A stretch of 64,000 nucleotides of DNA from Octopus sinensis. Lineage: Eukaryota. The stretch covers positions 37,820,001 through 37,884,000 of the forward strand of contig NC_043006.1 in the NCBI RefSeq assembly GCF_006345805.1, read 5' to 3'. Below, piece after piece: positions 40,647 to 55,435 of this stretch; the stretch's first letter is position 1; every line of letters starts with the position of its first letter. A model generated the notes under the pieces. That model saw nothing but the letters and a program-made list of their open reading frames with translations. It was not told the DNA's origin and did no database searches. The position numbers were made by a program, and so were the translations under genes.

Positions 40647-43646
40647 ATTTAATATAAGTGTGGAAAAAATTTACATATAAATATAAAAATATAAAATATA
40701 AAAATGTGTGCATAGACACTCATAATTCTACACATATATATATATATGTATGTATGTATGTATGTATATATTTATGGGTGTGTGTGTGTATCTGTGTTTG
40801 TGCCCACACCATTGCTTGACAACTGATGGTGGTGTGTTTACGTCCCCCATAACTTAGCAGTTCAGTAAAAGTGACTGACAGAATAACTACTAGGCTTGCA
40901 AAGAATAAGAACAGGGTCGATTTCTTTGACTAGAACTTTTCAAAGTGGTGCTCCAGCATGGCCACAGTCAAATGACAGAAATATGTATAAGAATAAAAGA
41001 ACAGACACAAACATGGTAGGCTTCTGCACAGTTTCCGTTTATCAAATCCACTCACAAGGCACTGGTTGGTCTGGGGCAATAGCAGAAGACATTTGCTCAG
41101 GGTGCTGCCCAGTGGGAGTGAACCTGAAACCATGTGGTCGCAAAGCAAGCTTCTTAACCACACAGCCATGCCTGATGAAGAACAACATAAACATTGGATC
41201 CGAGTAAAGCAAAACTGAAGAAAATGAAGCCTTCTGCATTGGTGTAGGGCAACTGTAAAAATATCTGCTGCCAAGAAAAAATTCTAGTCAAGAACCATTT
41301 TAGAATTTAGGAAACACAAACGAAGCAAGGCAGCAGTGGAGATAAAACGAGGAAATAATTCAAAATATATGATAAAAGATATAAAAAACAAGGGTAAATG
41401 AACACCCAGGGGAAAAGAGAGGGAAAGAGTTTGTGAAAGAAAAAAAAAAACAAAAAAAAAGAAAATGAGAGATGTAAAATGTGAAAGAGTGATAAAAAGT
41501 AAGAAGTGGGGGATGGATTTTTAAGGGGTGGATATGAATCTCTGATACAAGATGTTGATAAACAGAACAGCAGTTTGAATAAAATATATGTAGATATATA
41601 TACTTTGGATATGGTAGATGAGTTCAGCAAAAATTTAGATTCATATGAATATGGTACTTAAGTTGAGGCATTAGAATTTAGTATGGTATTATCCATACAA
41701 TTTCAAAGTAAGGTGATTAAAATCAAAATAAGTAACAAGGCTATCCAGAGATATATATATGTAGATATATATACACATTGAGGGGGAGGATAGGTGGGGT
41801 AGAAAACGTATCAAAATTAGATATTAGATACAGAATGAGGACTAGTGTGATAGGCAAGGGGTAAAGATTCATCATCATCATCATTATTACCATCTAACAT
41901 GGGTTGGACAGTTTGAAAGGGACTGGCAAGCCAGAGGACCGTGCCAAAGTTCTACTCTCTGCTTAGGCATGGCTTCCGAGGTTTGTTGCCCTTTCCTGAC
42001 ATCAACCATTTTACAGAATGTACTGTAAAACAATTGTAGATTATTGTGCTGGGTGTTTTAAAAACACAAAAATACAAATACACACATACAGAAAAAAAAA
42101 AGCTGCTGAAAATTAGGGGACAAAAACAGGTGTTGAAACATGAAAGAATACATGAAAAAACTACAAGGAAATGAAGAATTCAAATAATTGAAGATGGAAC
42201 CACCATCATCATCATCCTCAATATTTGCTTTCCATGCTGGCATGGGTTGGACAGTTTGACAGGATCTAATAAGCCACAGAGCTAGGTGAAGCCCCAATGT
42301 CAGCTTTGGTTGGATGCCCTTCCTAATATGCCAACCACCTTATAAGTGAGTATTGGATTATAAGTGAGTTTTGTGAGTTACTTGGTGATTGCACCTGTGC
42401 TGGTGCCACAAAAAAGCATCAAGTCCACACTGTAAAGTGGTTGGCATTTAGAAGGGCATCCAGCTATAAATGCCATGCCAAAGCAGACCTCACTGGTGCT
42501 GGTGCCAGGTAAAAAATCCATGGTGGCTGGTGTTAGGAAGAGCATCCAGTTGCAGAAATCATGTCAAAGCAGACCTCACTGGTGATGGTGCCAGGCAAAA
42601 TGTCCACAGTGGCTGGTGTTAGGAAGAGCATCCAGTTGCAAAAACCATGCCAAAGTAGACCTCACTGGTGCCGGTGCCAAGTAAAAAGTCCACTTATTCC
42701 ACTCTGTAAGGTGGCTGGTGTTAGGAAGGGCATCCAGCTGTAAAAACCATGCCAAAACCGACAGTGAAGCCTGGTGCTGTTCTTCTGCCTAGCCAGCTCC
42801 AGTCAAACCATCCAGTTTATCTCATTATGGAAAATAGGCGTTAAATGATAATAATGGTGATGATGATAATGACGACGACGACGACGAATATGATGATGAT
42901 ATATACACACCTATGTACATCAGTTTTAGTCTCTCACACCTTGTCAGGAAATACAGAGAACTTGCTGACCATGCCCCACTCCTAATGCCACCACCACCTC
43001 CACCACCATCATCATTATCATCAGCGATAGTATCACTGTCACTAGCAACACAAACAGTAGTTTAACTAACATCACCATTTTTCTACATCCACCATCACCA
43101 CCACCACCTCTTCCTCCTCCAACATCATCATCATAATCGGTATCATAATTTTCAACACTTTTGCACTAACACCTGAGCCACACCATTACCACGGCGACGA
43201 CGATCATCATCTTCAACACCACCACCATCATCATCACTATACGACCGTTAACGCCAGTCACCCTAAGTATCCTCATCGATTGCCACAATGACAGGCAATA
43301 GGTGACAGAAGGGGTACATGAAGCTGGGTGGAGACAGAGGGGGGAGAGAATGAGAGAGGGTGAGGTGGGGGTTGTTTTTGGTCTGGATGTGGTGCAAATA
43401 GGTCTGAGATAAAGTAGAAGCGGTGCTGTGATAGTTCGTTCGATATTTGGTGTGGAAAATGGCATGCGTGTCCGTTAATGAGAAGATAGACTCGATAAAC
43501 AATTGTTTGAAGATTTTTGAATTAAAAGACGTCGATGGAGTAAGATACGAAAAGGGGTCGGAGATAACAGCAAGTGGAAAGTCTGAGAGGAATGGAGAGA
43601 GAGAAAAGAAAGGGTGAAGGAAACAGAGAAGGGGGCCTGTTTAAAT

Positions 43647-43762
43647 AATAGATAGATAGATAGATAGATATGTAGGTAGGTAGGTAGATAGGTAGGTAGG
43701 TAGGTAGGTAGGTAGGTAGGTAAATAGATAGGTAGGTAGGTAGGTAGGTAGGTAGGTAGATG

Positions 43763-43833
<71 letters not shown>

Positions 43834-44490
43834 GATAGATAGATAGATAGATAGTTATAGTTCAATCGAGAATGAGAAGGAGAGAAAAAAGAGGGTAAGA
43901 ACAAAAATAGAGGAGGAAAAAGAGAGATCATTGAAGATGAGTTGAGTAAAAGTGAGAGCAAAGGAAATGGTTATCTAAGAAAGAACGAGAAAGTATCAAA
44001 GACGAAAGTCAACAGTATACAAGGAACAGAGAGAGCCAGCGAAAGAGAGAGAGAGAGATAGAGAGAGAAAGAAAGTGAGCAGTAAGTAAGGGGGGGGGGT
44101 TAAGGGAAAGAAAGGGGGGTTAGTTAGACAGACGACTTGTCTGTTTAACTCTATTCCTTTCAAACAGACAGACTGTCAGATTGCCTCACACGCACACATG
44201 CAAACGTATACAAAGACAGATATATTACACAGAGAGCAACGTAAATATAAATAAAAAAACGGGGAAAGAGCGATAAACAGACATATGCATGCATGCATGC
44301 ATACACACATACATACATTTATACATACATAAGCACGCACATCTTTTCGCGCGCGCAGACACAGAGATAGATGCATGTACTCGAGCGAACACACACATAC
44401 ACGCGCAAACATACGCATACATTGACGGGATGTATAAACTCTTACATTGACATTCATTCATAGAAACATACAAAGAAAGTGTATTTTACT

Positions 44491-44553
<63 letters not shown>

Positions 44554-44617
44554 GACACAAATTGGGGCTTGTATGCACAAGTTGGTTTCACTTTCACCAG
44601 TCGCACGAAACTAGTGG

Positions 44618-44649
<32 letters not shown>

Positions 44650-44720
44650 TAGATAGATAGATAGATAGATAAAGATAGGCAGAAATAGATAGATTGATAA
44701 ATAGACAGGCAGATAGATAG

Positions 44721-44784
<64 letters not shown>

Positions 44785-44906
44785 GTAGAGACAGATTGAT
44801 AGATATATAGAGAGATGGATGGATGAATGGAGAGATAGATAGATAGATAGATAGATAAGTAGAGACAGATTGATAGATATATAGAGAGATGGATGGATGA
44901 ATGGAG

Positions 44907-44967
<61 letters not shown>

Positions 44968-44994
44968 TACAGACAGACAGACAGACAGACAGAC

Positions 44995-45061
<67 letters not shown>

Positions 45062-45106
45062 TAAAGATAGGCAGATATAGATAGATTGATAAATATATAG
45101 ACAGGC

Positions 45107-45120
<14 letters not shown>
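43647..45120. repeat. (GATA)n, (GGTA)n and (GACA)n tetranucleotide tracts with GA-rich sequence
   Basis: Direct observation; a second long GATA-type tract lies at ~47810-48580. Confidence 0.95.
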
Positions 45121-45139
<19 letters not shown>

Positions 45140-45606
45140 AAAAAGAGAGAATGAAAGAGTTAAGTAGCGATAGAAAGATTGATATATATATATGAACAGA
45201 CAGATAGGTAGATTGATAGAGAGAGAGAGAGAGGAAGAGAACAGCTCATAAACTCATAATCTTCCACTAACATCAGTGCTCTCGTACACGTACACACACA
45301 CACACACACACACGTGCACACGCGCACGCACACATTTTTCTGTCACTTGCAAATACTCATATATACAGATACTTAAATACACACGCATACGCCAGCACAT
45401 CAACCACACTCTCTTTTTCATATTTGCCGTGAAGTCACATACACATATGTACTTCTCTTTTTCTTTTTCTCATTCATACATAGACACCCCGCCTCACATA
45501 CAGACACATCACGATATTAAAAACTCAAAACACACGCATATCGATATACTGAGCTGAGTAAACACACATACACATACGCGCGCACACGTCTTGTTTCTCG
45601 CATTTA

Positions 45607-45663
<57 letters not shown>

Positions 45664-46469
45664 GTCATATAGGTTCCCAGACAAACACACACAAATATAT
45701 ATATATATATATACACGCACGCATGCACGCAGGTCTCATACAAAATACACAAACACACGTTTATACGCAAACATACCAGTATACACACGCACGCACGCAC
45801 GCACGCGCACACACATGCACACGCACGCATGTATATATATATATATGTATGTATATATACAAATAAATAGACAGAAAGAAAAACCGAACACAAGCTAAAT
45901 TGCGAGACACACCGCCAGGTCGTTGTCGTCGTATGTACGTGGTATGCACGCGAGAAAATACACGCGCGCTCTGACGCATTCGTGAATATCTTAACACATA
46001 CATACATAACTCTATACAAACACACGCACAAGACACCTCTCGAAGACGGTTGAGAAAAACTAGTGGATTAAAAAATTACATATATATTTATATGCATAAT
46101 ATATATATATGCACATATATACCTGCATTTGAAATACCTGAAAGGAATACAGCTGGAGTGTGTGTATGCATGCATATATATATATTTATGTGTGTATGTG
46201 TATATATATGCATTATGCATACGTAAACAGGCTAGCAGGGAGTCTCACTGATGTAAGTACCTGGTTTTATTTTAAAGTTTCAGGTTAACAATGTTGTTAT
46301 GATGGTGATGGATTTTCTATATTTGCATTGAGAGTGGAGGTGATGAGGGGGGGGGGCTCGGCTGGGATGTTGTGACCAGAGTGCTAGTCTTGTGGGGTGA
46401 CACTGCGCTGGTCGGCTTTGAAAATTGAAAAAACAAAAAAAAAAAAATTATTATTTGTAACCCAGGTGT

Positions 46470-47320
46470 GTCGGCCCTGTTGTGATCAAAAGTATTCTAG
46501 TGAGGACCATTCAATTTTTCTTTCTTTCTTTCATTTATTTTCCCCAGGTAACTTGAGTGTAGTTACATTTATCCAGAGTAGCCTTAGATATAATTTTGAA
46601 GACGGCAGGTAGAATATGCATGATCTAAAAGGAAATACGGTTGCAACACATTTCTAGAAGGTGAAAGCGACCGCGCAGAGTGAATCTGTTCGAAAACCTG
46701 CGCTGTTTTTGCTGTTACTGTTGTTCTTTAGTCCCCGAGCACATCTATGTCAATAGAGACCATCCCGTATTACTGTAAATACAAGAAGCCTAAAACCACA
46801 TTTTCCAACGTGTTCTTTCTATTTTTAACACTGCAATACTCGAAGAGGAATTTAAGGGTGATTTTGACTGCTACTTCTAGCACGTGGAGTGACTACGCAG
46901 AGACTTTTTTCTGGATTTGTGCAGCTAATGCTGTTGGTAGTGGGGATACTGTTTTCAAGACCCATGTCAGCCCTGAGCATCACGTCCTAGGGTATCTAGG
47001 AGTACGTTTTCTAATGTGTCTTCCCGCTTACTTTTCAAGACGGTAAGGTGTAATTTAAGGGAGATTTAGTTGCTAGTTCTAGCAGGTCGGGCGGCTACGC
47101 AGAGGCACCCTCGAAAAGCCGTTATCAACAATTCTGGTTATTTATCCCCAAGTTGGTGATGATCGAGTAGACCTGTAATCAAGACGTTCCAACCATGCCG
47201 TCTCTTTTATTCAATATACCAAAAGACTACATTAGCCAATGTGCCCTACAATTTTTGAAGAACGCAAGTGTGATTTGAAGGAAATTTGGCCGTTATTTCT
47301 AGCATTTTCCGGGACCACGT
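46470..47320 (+). repeat. Cluster of four diverged family F repeats in the same orientation
   Basis: The recurrent ...gtgatttgaaggaaatttggc.gttatttctagca...gac.acgcagag segment appears near 46620, 46850, 47050 and 47270. Confidence 0.6.
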
Positions 47321-48237
47321 CTCTAGTTATATGTGATGTTAGCTTTGGTTTTAGTCTTCTGTCGTTCTTCCATTCACCTGTTGGATGCCTTACAGGTATA
47401 TTAAATTGACCAACTACATGATTGCTACTTTAATTTATCGATCCCAAAGAGATGTAAGGCAAGGTTAGTCTCAGCGGGATTTGAACTCGGAGCATAAAAT
47501 GTCGCAGCGAAATGCTACCGCAAGGCCTTTGGCGACGACGTTTTAACGATGCTGCTAAATCCACCGCTTTCTATGTTGATGGCCGTGTCTTAGAGATAAT
47601 GATAGATGTTACGTTTAGAAATAATGACGCTGAAGTGCTACTGAGGATTGTTTCAACCCTACCCCTCATCTCTCGGGAGTGTGTGTTTATGGATGGATAT
47701 ATATATGTGTATGGGTGTTGATGGACGGATATGTATGTGTGTGATTGTTTGCGTGCGTGTGTGTTTGTATGATATAGATATATAAATCGATAAATACCTA
47801 AATCGTTATATAGGTAGAGACAAATATAGACAGAAAGCTAGATGGTAGATATATAAACAGACAGAAAGACAGATAGATAGATGGGTGGGTGGGTGAATAG
47901 ATGGATAGATTAGGTAGATGGATGGATGTCTGGATGGGTGGTTGGATAGATAGATAGATAAATAGATAGATAGATAGATAGACAGACAGAGATAGACAGA
48001 CAGATAGATAGATAGATAGACATAGATAGATAGACATAGATAGATAGATAGATAGATAGATATAGATAGATAGATAGATAGACATAGATAGACATAGATA
48101 GACAGACAGAGATAGATAGATAGACAGATAGATAGATAGATAGACATAGATAGATAGATAGATAGATAGAGATGGATAGATAGATAGATAGATATAGATA
48201 GATAGATAGATAGATAGATAGACAGAGATAGATAGAC

Positions 48238-48272
<35 letters not shown>

Positions 48273-48299
48273 CATAGATAGATAGATAGATAGATAAAC

Positions 48300-48344
<45 letters not shown>

Positions 48345-48498
48345 CAGATAGATAGACATAGATAGATAGATAGATAGATAGAGATGGATAGATAGATAGA
48401 TAGATATAGATAGATAGATAGACGTAAACACTTGCATGCACACATATACATACATAGAAACATGCACGTTTTCCCTCCATTTCTCAGAAGTATGTGTG

Positions 48499-48540
<42 letters not shown>

Positions 48541-49143
48541 TGTTTCTTTAGAGACAGACAGATAGATACATAGATAGTGACACGCACGCACATGTATACC
48601 TAAGAACACAGTGCGCGTTTTTGTGGTTGCAGGTAAAAGATGTGCGTCGAATGCCAGAGTTTCTACATGTGGTGTTTATGCATACCTCGGTGTTTTAGGG
48701 CCTGGTGTGTATGATAAAAGGGCGCAAGTAAATATACACAGACACACACAGTTCACATATAAACATAATATTCATATACCACATGTACACGCAATTTACA
48801 AGCCGTTATTGTCACACTTTTTCTACACATACTCCTCACACACACGCGTATGTTTTTTTTTACAAACCAATGCTCGTATATCTGTTTTATATCAATTTTT
48901 GTTATCTATATTGAGCATATAAAATAAAATAGATCTGGGTTAGAATTTCAGACACCGAGTTTTCAGCTGTTCGATCAATCGAATTTGCCGTGTAAGTGGC
49001 CGAGTATATCACAGACCCTTATTGCATACGTACTCTTATCGTAATTCTAAGGCGGAACCAGCGTGATAGTGTTACAAGTTTGGGTTTTTTTGTGTTACGG
49101 GTACAATCCATCCGATGGATTTCTATACAGTTTTCCTTTATAA

Positions 49144-49374
49144 CAACGGGTTCTCAACCATTTTTAACCTATGGGCCCGCTTTAATTCCCATTTTGCTCG
49201 GGTGGACCATTCGATGTTTAAAAAAATCCTACAATATCTTAACAATTTAATATGTTTAGGAATTGTATAAAAACAAATCGTTAAAATATTTTGTGTCTGG
49301 CAGAAGCACATAGATTTTAACAACAAAATTTTGTGTATCCCAACAATCATATCGACCCCTGTTGAAAACCACTG
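49144..49374. mobile_element. Old hAT-type MITE
   Basis: Degenerate TIRs caacgggttctcaac and gttgaaaaccactg; the 8-bp flanks match only 5 of 8. Confidence 0.5.
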
Positions 49375-50440
49375 ATCTACAATTTCAGTCGCAAAGTAGT
49401 GGTCGACTTCCACGCGGCGGAATCGAACTCGGATCTCCTTTATCAGGATCTCTTTCATTATGCCTACTGCTGTACACGCGCGCGCGCGCGCAATCTACTT
49501 GTAAGCGTGCTTTGACAAGAAGCCAGATATATGTGAGCGAGTATATAGAATGTTTATCTTTCCTTTTGCGAGTGTGCAATGAGACAGCGCGCGTGCGTGT
49601 GTATGCGTGTGTACGTGCATCGTGTATTGGCAGTAAACCCGAAACTTTGTTTTGTTTTAGATCGATAAACATTAACGAGATCAACACCAGTAATATACGA
49701 GATACTTTTATCGATCATGAAAAGATAAAAGCCAAAAGTAAACCCCACCAAGAATCGAACTCAGAATGTTAGGAATCGAAGCGAAATATGAGGGTTTTTT
49801 TTCATCCTTATGTCTCTCTATTTGCACTACAAGGGGGGAAAAAAACAATAACAAAAAACCCCCAAAAATCTCGTGATTTTTTTTTTACAATCTGAGTTGA
49901 AATTTTGCTGAGGTCAACTTTGTCTGTCACCCCTCCGGGGTCGATAAAGTAAAGCAGAGTCGATTGCATTGATTAGCCCCCTCCATTCAAAACTACTGGC
50001 CTTGTGTCTGAGTCACAAATCATTATATACGCATCTCTTATGATTGCAGAACTAAATTCAAAGACGTTCCAGCCGTAACCATCCGTCCTAACTTTATGTT
50101 AAACAAACGTATCTTTTTTAACGACAGTAAGGTGTGATTTACAGACAAGCTGTTTCTTCTACAATGTCGACAGATCACCTTCGGTCTCCCTTGGCAGCTC
50201 ATGTTGTTTAGCCTCAGCTCAGTCTGGGTTGAGCAGATCTATTTGATCAGATCTATCCCAACCTTTTCCTGGTAACTGTCTTTCCGATTCTGAAGTTATC
50301 CAACGTGTCCCTTCTCATGAATTACACATTACCATCTCAAGGTGATAAACGTGTAATTTGAGGTAAAATTTGGCTATTTCTAGCTAGCAATTCCTCCATT
50401 GGCTCAAGGTGGAGTTCATGTAAAATCAAGTGTGTGTACA

Positions 50441-50471
<31 letters not shown>

Positions 50472-52746
50472 AAGAAAAGAATAGAAACTGGCTTAAAATT
50501 TACCCCATTTGTGGGAGTGTTTTTTCCATACATAATTCATACTTAGAACTAGCCCTGAATTGGATCTATGGGTTAAATTACATTTGGTACTTACATTTGG
50601 TATCTACAATATCCTACCAGCACTTTATATCATAATAGTTATTTTACCTCACTGTGAGCCCTATGTTACGGTAACTAGCCATTTCTGGTGTCCTACATGT
50701 TGATGTGCCTAGATTCTATTGAACCCTATAACTAATCTATCATAGGTGCAGGAGTGGCTTTGCGGTAAGAAGCTTGCTCCCCAACCACATGGTTCCAGGT
50801 TCAGTCCACTGCCTGGCACCTTGGGCAAGTGTATTCTACTATAGCCTTGGGCTGACCAAAGCCTAGTGAGTGGATTTGGTAGACAACATCTGAAAGAAGC
50901 TCGTTGTATGTGTGTGTGTGTATTTGCCTGTCTGTGTTTGTCCCCCCACCATCACTTGACAACCAATGGTGGTGTGTTTACGTCACTGTAACTTAGTGGT
51001 TTGGCAAAAAGAGACCAATAGAATAAGTACTAGGCTTACAAAGAATAAGTCCTGGGGTCAATTTGTTCGACTAAAGGCAGTGCTCCAGCACAGCCGCAGT
51101 CAAGCGACTGAAACAAGTAAAAGAGTATCTATCTATTTGTCTGCCTATCAACACACACACGCATGTACATACCAGGTGTGTGAGGTCAGGTAAGCTTTTT
51201 TTTTTTTTTAATTATATATTTAACATATACATGGCAGACTGACATAAAGACACACATGCCACATGTACATGGGCGTCTGTAGTAGATGTATGCATGTGTA
51301 CAAGACATGTTTCTGTCTGTTTATATTTAGCGTGTGCTGTGTGATGTGTTTAACATGCACTAGTTTTGTAAAATATAGTGTATGTCCTGTGTGTGTGTGT
51401 GTGTGTGCGCGCTTACCAACCACATGGTTCCGGGTTCATTCCCACTGCGTGGCACCTTGGGCAAGTGTCTTCTACTATAACCTCGGGCCGACCAAAGCCT
51501 TGTGAGTGGATTTGGTAGATAAAAACTGAAAGAAGCCTGTCATATGTATATATGTATATGTGTATATATATGTGTGTGTGCATGTTTGTCCCCCCCCCCC
51601 AGCATCACTTGACAACTGATGGTGGTGTGTTTTCGTCCCCGTAACATTAGCTGTTCAGCAAAAGAGACTGATAGAATAAGTACTAGGCTAACAAAGAATA
51701 AGTCCTGGGGTCAATTTGCTCAATTAAAGGTGGTGCTCCAGCATGGCTGCAGTCAAATGACTGAAACAAGTAAAAGAGAGTAAAAATATATATATGAATA
51801 TATATATCATCAACATCATCATCATCATCATTTAATGTCCGTTGTCCATGCTGGCGTTGGTTGGACTGTTTGATTAGGACAAGTAAGCTGAGGGAGCTAC
51901 ACCAGGTTCCAGTCTGATTTGGCATGGTTTCTACAGCTGGATGCCCTTCCTAATGCCAACCATTCTGAGAGTGTAATGGGTGCTTTTACGTGCCACCAGC
52001 ATGGTTGCCATTTGCATGACACCAATATCTGACATGACAATTTCACTAGGCTTCATGGGTCTTCTTCTCAACCATGGCATATTATGAAAGGTCTTGGTCA
52101 GATGTCATTGCCTCCATGAGGCCCAACACACGAAAGGTGCTTTTTACATGACACCAGCATCAGCCACTTTGCCTCCATGAGGCTGACACCAGCATTAACC
52201 ACTTTGCCTCCATGAAGCTGAAACCAGCATCAGCTACAAATACTATTTGCATCAATTTTTATTGCTGCTGCTTCTGTTGTTGTTTAGATACAGGTCTACC
52301 TTGGTTGAACAAATCTATGATCAAAAAGATTCCAGCTATGACAATCCAGTCTTTTTAGGGATATCGTTTCATTTTCTTTTCCTTCTTCAAGTTGGAAAAG
52401 TGTAATCTATGAAAAATTTAGCTGCTATTTCATGCAACCTGTTGGCTTAACTACCAATCATATGTTCTTAACTACCAATCATATGTGCATGTGTCTCATA
52501 ATTTCACATCCACTTTTCCATACTTGCATGAATCAAACAAAATGTGTTGAGGCAAATTCTCTACAGTTAGATGCTCTTTCTGTCACTAACCTTCACCTGT
52601 TGCCAAGCATGGAAATATTTCCCCATGGCCAGACAGGTCCTTCATGGAGGACTGGAAAACAAACAACATACTTGTACAATGGTGATGCTCATTTACAACC
52701 ACCACATGATTTCAAGAGGAAGCCCCCCCACACACACACACATACA

Positions 52747-52788
<42 letters not shown>

Positions 52789-53384
52789 GGGCTTCTTTCA
52801 GTTTCAGTGTAAGAAATCCACTTTTTAAAGACAAGACAAGAACCCAAGACAACATGACAGGGAAGAAAACATCTTCACCAAATAGTTCTGCATTTGCCTG
52901 AATGTATTCTGTACAATGTGTGTGTGCGTGTGTGTGTATACACACATACACACACACATATATAGGCACAGGAGTGGCTGTGAGGTAAGTAGTTTACTTA
53001 CGAACCACATGGTTCTGGGTTCAGTCCCACTGCGTGACACCTTGGGCAAGTGTCTTCTATTATAGCCTCAGACCAACCAAAGCCTTGTGAGTGGATTTGG
53101 TAGACAGAAACTGAAAGAAGCCCATCATGTGCGTGTGTGTATGTGCATGTGTGTATGAGTGTGTGTATGAGTGTATATATGTTTGTGTTTCTGTGTTTGT
53201 CCCACCAACATCGCTTGACAACCAATGCTGGTGTGTTTACATCTCTGTAACTTAGCAGTTCGCCAAAAGAGAGCAATAAGTACTAGGTTTACAAAGAATA
53301 AGTCCTGGGTCGATTTGCTTGACTAAAGGCAGTGCTACAGCATGGCCACAGTCAAATGACTGAAACAAGTTAAAAAATAAAAGA

Positions 53385-53429
<45 letters not shown>

Positions 53430-53430
53430 G

Positions 53431-53847
53431 CATTGTGTCTGGGGAGAATCATTCTCTTTTAGTACCTTATTATTTAACACACACACTGGTTCAATTTCCA
53501 CTCATTTATTTATTTATTTTTCCTAAAATTTTCGTTGCATCTTGCAATCTTTTCAATAGTTGTTGACTCTGTCTGTTATCCAAACTGCATTCTTTTTGTT
53601 TGTTTGTACGTTCATGTGCATATATGTGAAGGTGTGTGGCCTGGTGGTAAGTCTGTTGTGCATGAACCTACAACCAAACAAACAGAATGCAGTTTGGAAT
53701 AACAGGCAGAGTCAACGACTACTGAAAAGTTTGCAAGGCCCAACGAAAATTTTAGAAAAAAATAAATAAGTACATGAGTGGAAACTGAACAAATGAGTGT
53801 GTTAAATAATAAGGCAATAAAAGAGAATGACTCTCCCCAAACACAAT
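53431..53847. mobile_element. Inverted repeat (~190-bp arms) with degenerate hammerhead motifs at 53523-53559 (-) and 53719-53755 (+)
   Basis: Arms 53431-53620 and ~53657-53847. Left arm reverse complement: cta-TTGAAAA-GaTTGCA-aga-TGCAAC-GAAA-ATTT-tag, followed by AATAAA. Confidence 0.75.
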
Positions 53848-54250
53848 AAAATATGCTTCAACACACAAATTCACATTTGAGGAGAACTACTGAGTCAAGT
53901 ACATCAAAATCAAATCAAATCACAATCAAATGGAAATTGTAGTTGTGATCCCCGTGCCAGTGGCACATAAAAAGCACCATGTGAATGTGGTCAATGACAG
54001 CTCCCTCTGGCCCCTGTGCCGGTGGCATGTAAAAGGCACCATCTAATTGTGATCGATGGGAGCTCCCTCTGGCCCCTGTGCCGCAGGCACATAAGGATCA
54101 GCACCCACTACATTCACGGATTGGTTGGCATTAGGAAGGGCATCCAGCTGTAGAAACACAGGCAGATCAGAGTGGAACCTGGTGCAGTCTCCTGACTTCC
54201 CAGACCCCAGTCATCCCGTCCAACCCATGCTAGCATCGAAAACGGATGAA

Positions 54251-55435
54251 CCCTTTCGTTACTATATTTCTGACCAAAATACACCCCTCATGAGTTTCAA
54301 TTAAATTCTAAAATAATCACGAATCTAGGCTTGTTTCATTAAATAACTGTAACTTTTTTACTTAACATATTAATGTGATATTTAGAACATAATTAAAGAA
54401 AGGGTTCTTAATCAATTCCATTGCGTAACTTTTGTCTCAAAGTGACTTTAATTACAGGTAAATCCAGGTAAATTGAGCAAAAGGTAAAAATATTAAAATT
54501 TTGTTTAAACATCACCATAGAAAATGAATCATCAGCTAATATTCAAATGGGTATGCAACAAAATTTTGATAAAGAAGAATTGTGCACATTACTATATCAT
54601 CAGTTGAATTTAATGCACAACAGGTGTACCATAAAGGTGGAATAAACTGAAATATTGGAATCCACCGTAAGTTTGACCGAACTAAAGAAATCGGTCAAAA
54701 AATAATATACGGCTCTGGTTATGGTATGGAAGTGATAAATTCCAGACCACATCGTTCCCTAGGCCATGCTGACTAACATTATTTTCCCTGTATAAAAACT
54801 AAATCCACGCAGTACCCAGTATTTGCTTCACAAATTTCCCGAAATTTGAATCCCCCACTTTGTGTTTGTTTACAATCTGCGTAAGTTTGTTTCCGCATTG
54901 ATCGCTTCAAACAATAAATTCCAGACCACATCATACCTTAAGCCATGCTGACTAACATTAGTTTCCCTGTATAAAAACTAAATCCACGCAGTACCCAGTA
55001 TTTGCTTCACAAATTTCCCGAAATTTGAATCCCCCACTTTGTGTTTGTTTACAATCTGCGTAAGTTTGTTTCCGCATTGATCGCTTCAAACAATAACTTC
55101 CAGACCACATCATACCTTAAGCCATGCTGACTAACATTAAATCCACAACAGTACCCAGTATTTGTTTCACAAATTTTCCAATTCGGAATCAATGCTTGAT
55201 AACATGAAACTCCTATCTATTTTCAAAGTTGAAGAAAAATCGATGCCGAAAAAAATCTCCCAAAATTCAGGGAATTAAAATTACACGTCTATCTTTGTAC
55301 AAAACTGTAGATGAACTCTTTACAAAGCATAATGACGTGTTTTCACAAATGTACTAAAGAGATTTGCTCTGATATTCTCATTTAAATATGAATAGGTAAA
55401 TTCGGACGGGTTTGGGCGGTTTGGTATCAAAAGGG
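54251..55435. mobile_element. Non-autonomous TTAA-targeting (piggyBac-type) element nested in a family C SINE tail
   Basis: TIRs ccctttcgttac and gtatcaaaaggg (10 of 12 match); TTAA at 55436-55439; the SINE tail resumes as acgatggtgatgat. Confidence 0.8.
54735..55180. repeat. 179-bp tandem repeat (~2.4 units)
   Basis: Units start at 54735, 54914 and 55093; the third is internally deleted. Confidence 0.92.

Noticed and set aside
47798-48593. Three overlapping ~220-aa ORFs (YLSI repeats)
   Set aside because: Artefact of (GATA)n; the many IYIY and THTH ORFs across the window have the same cause.
54735-55180. Tandem repeats as a possible CRISPR array
   Set aside because: Contiguous units without unique spacers, eukaryotic context, no cas genes.
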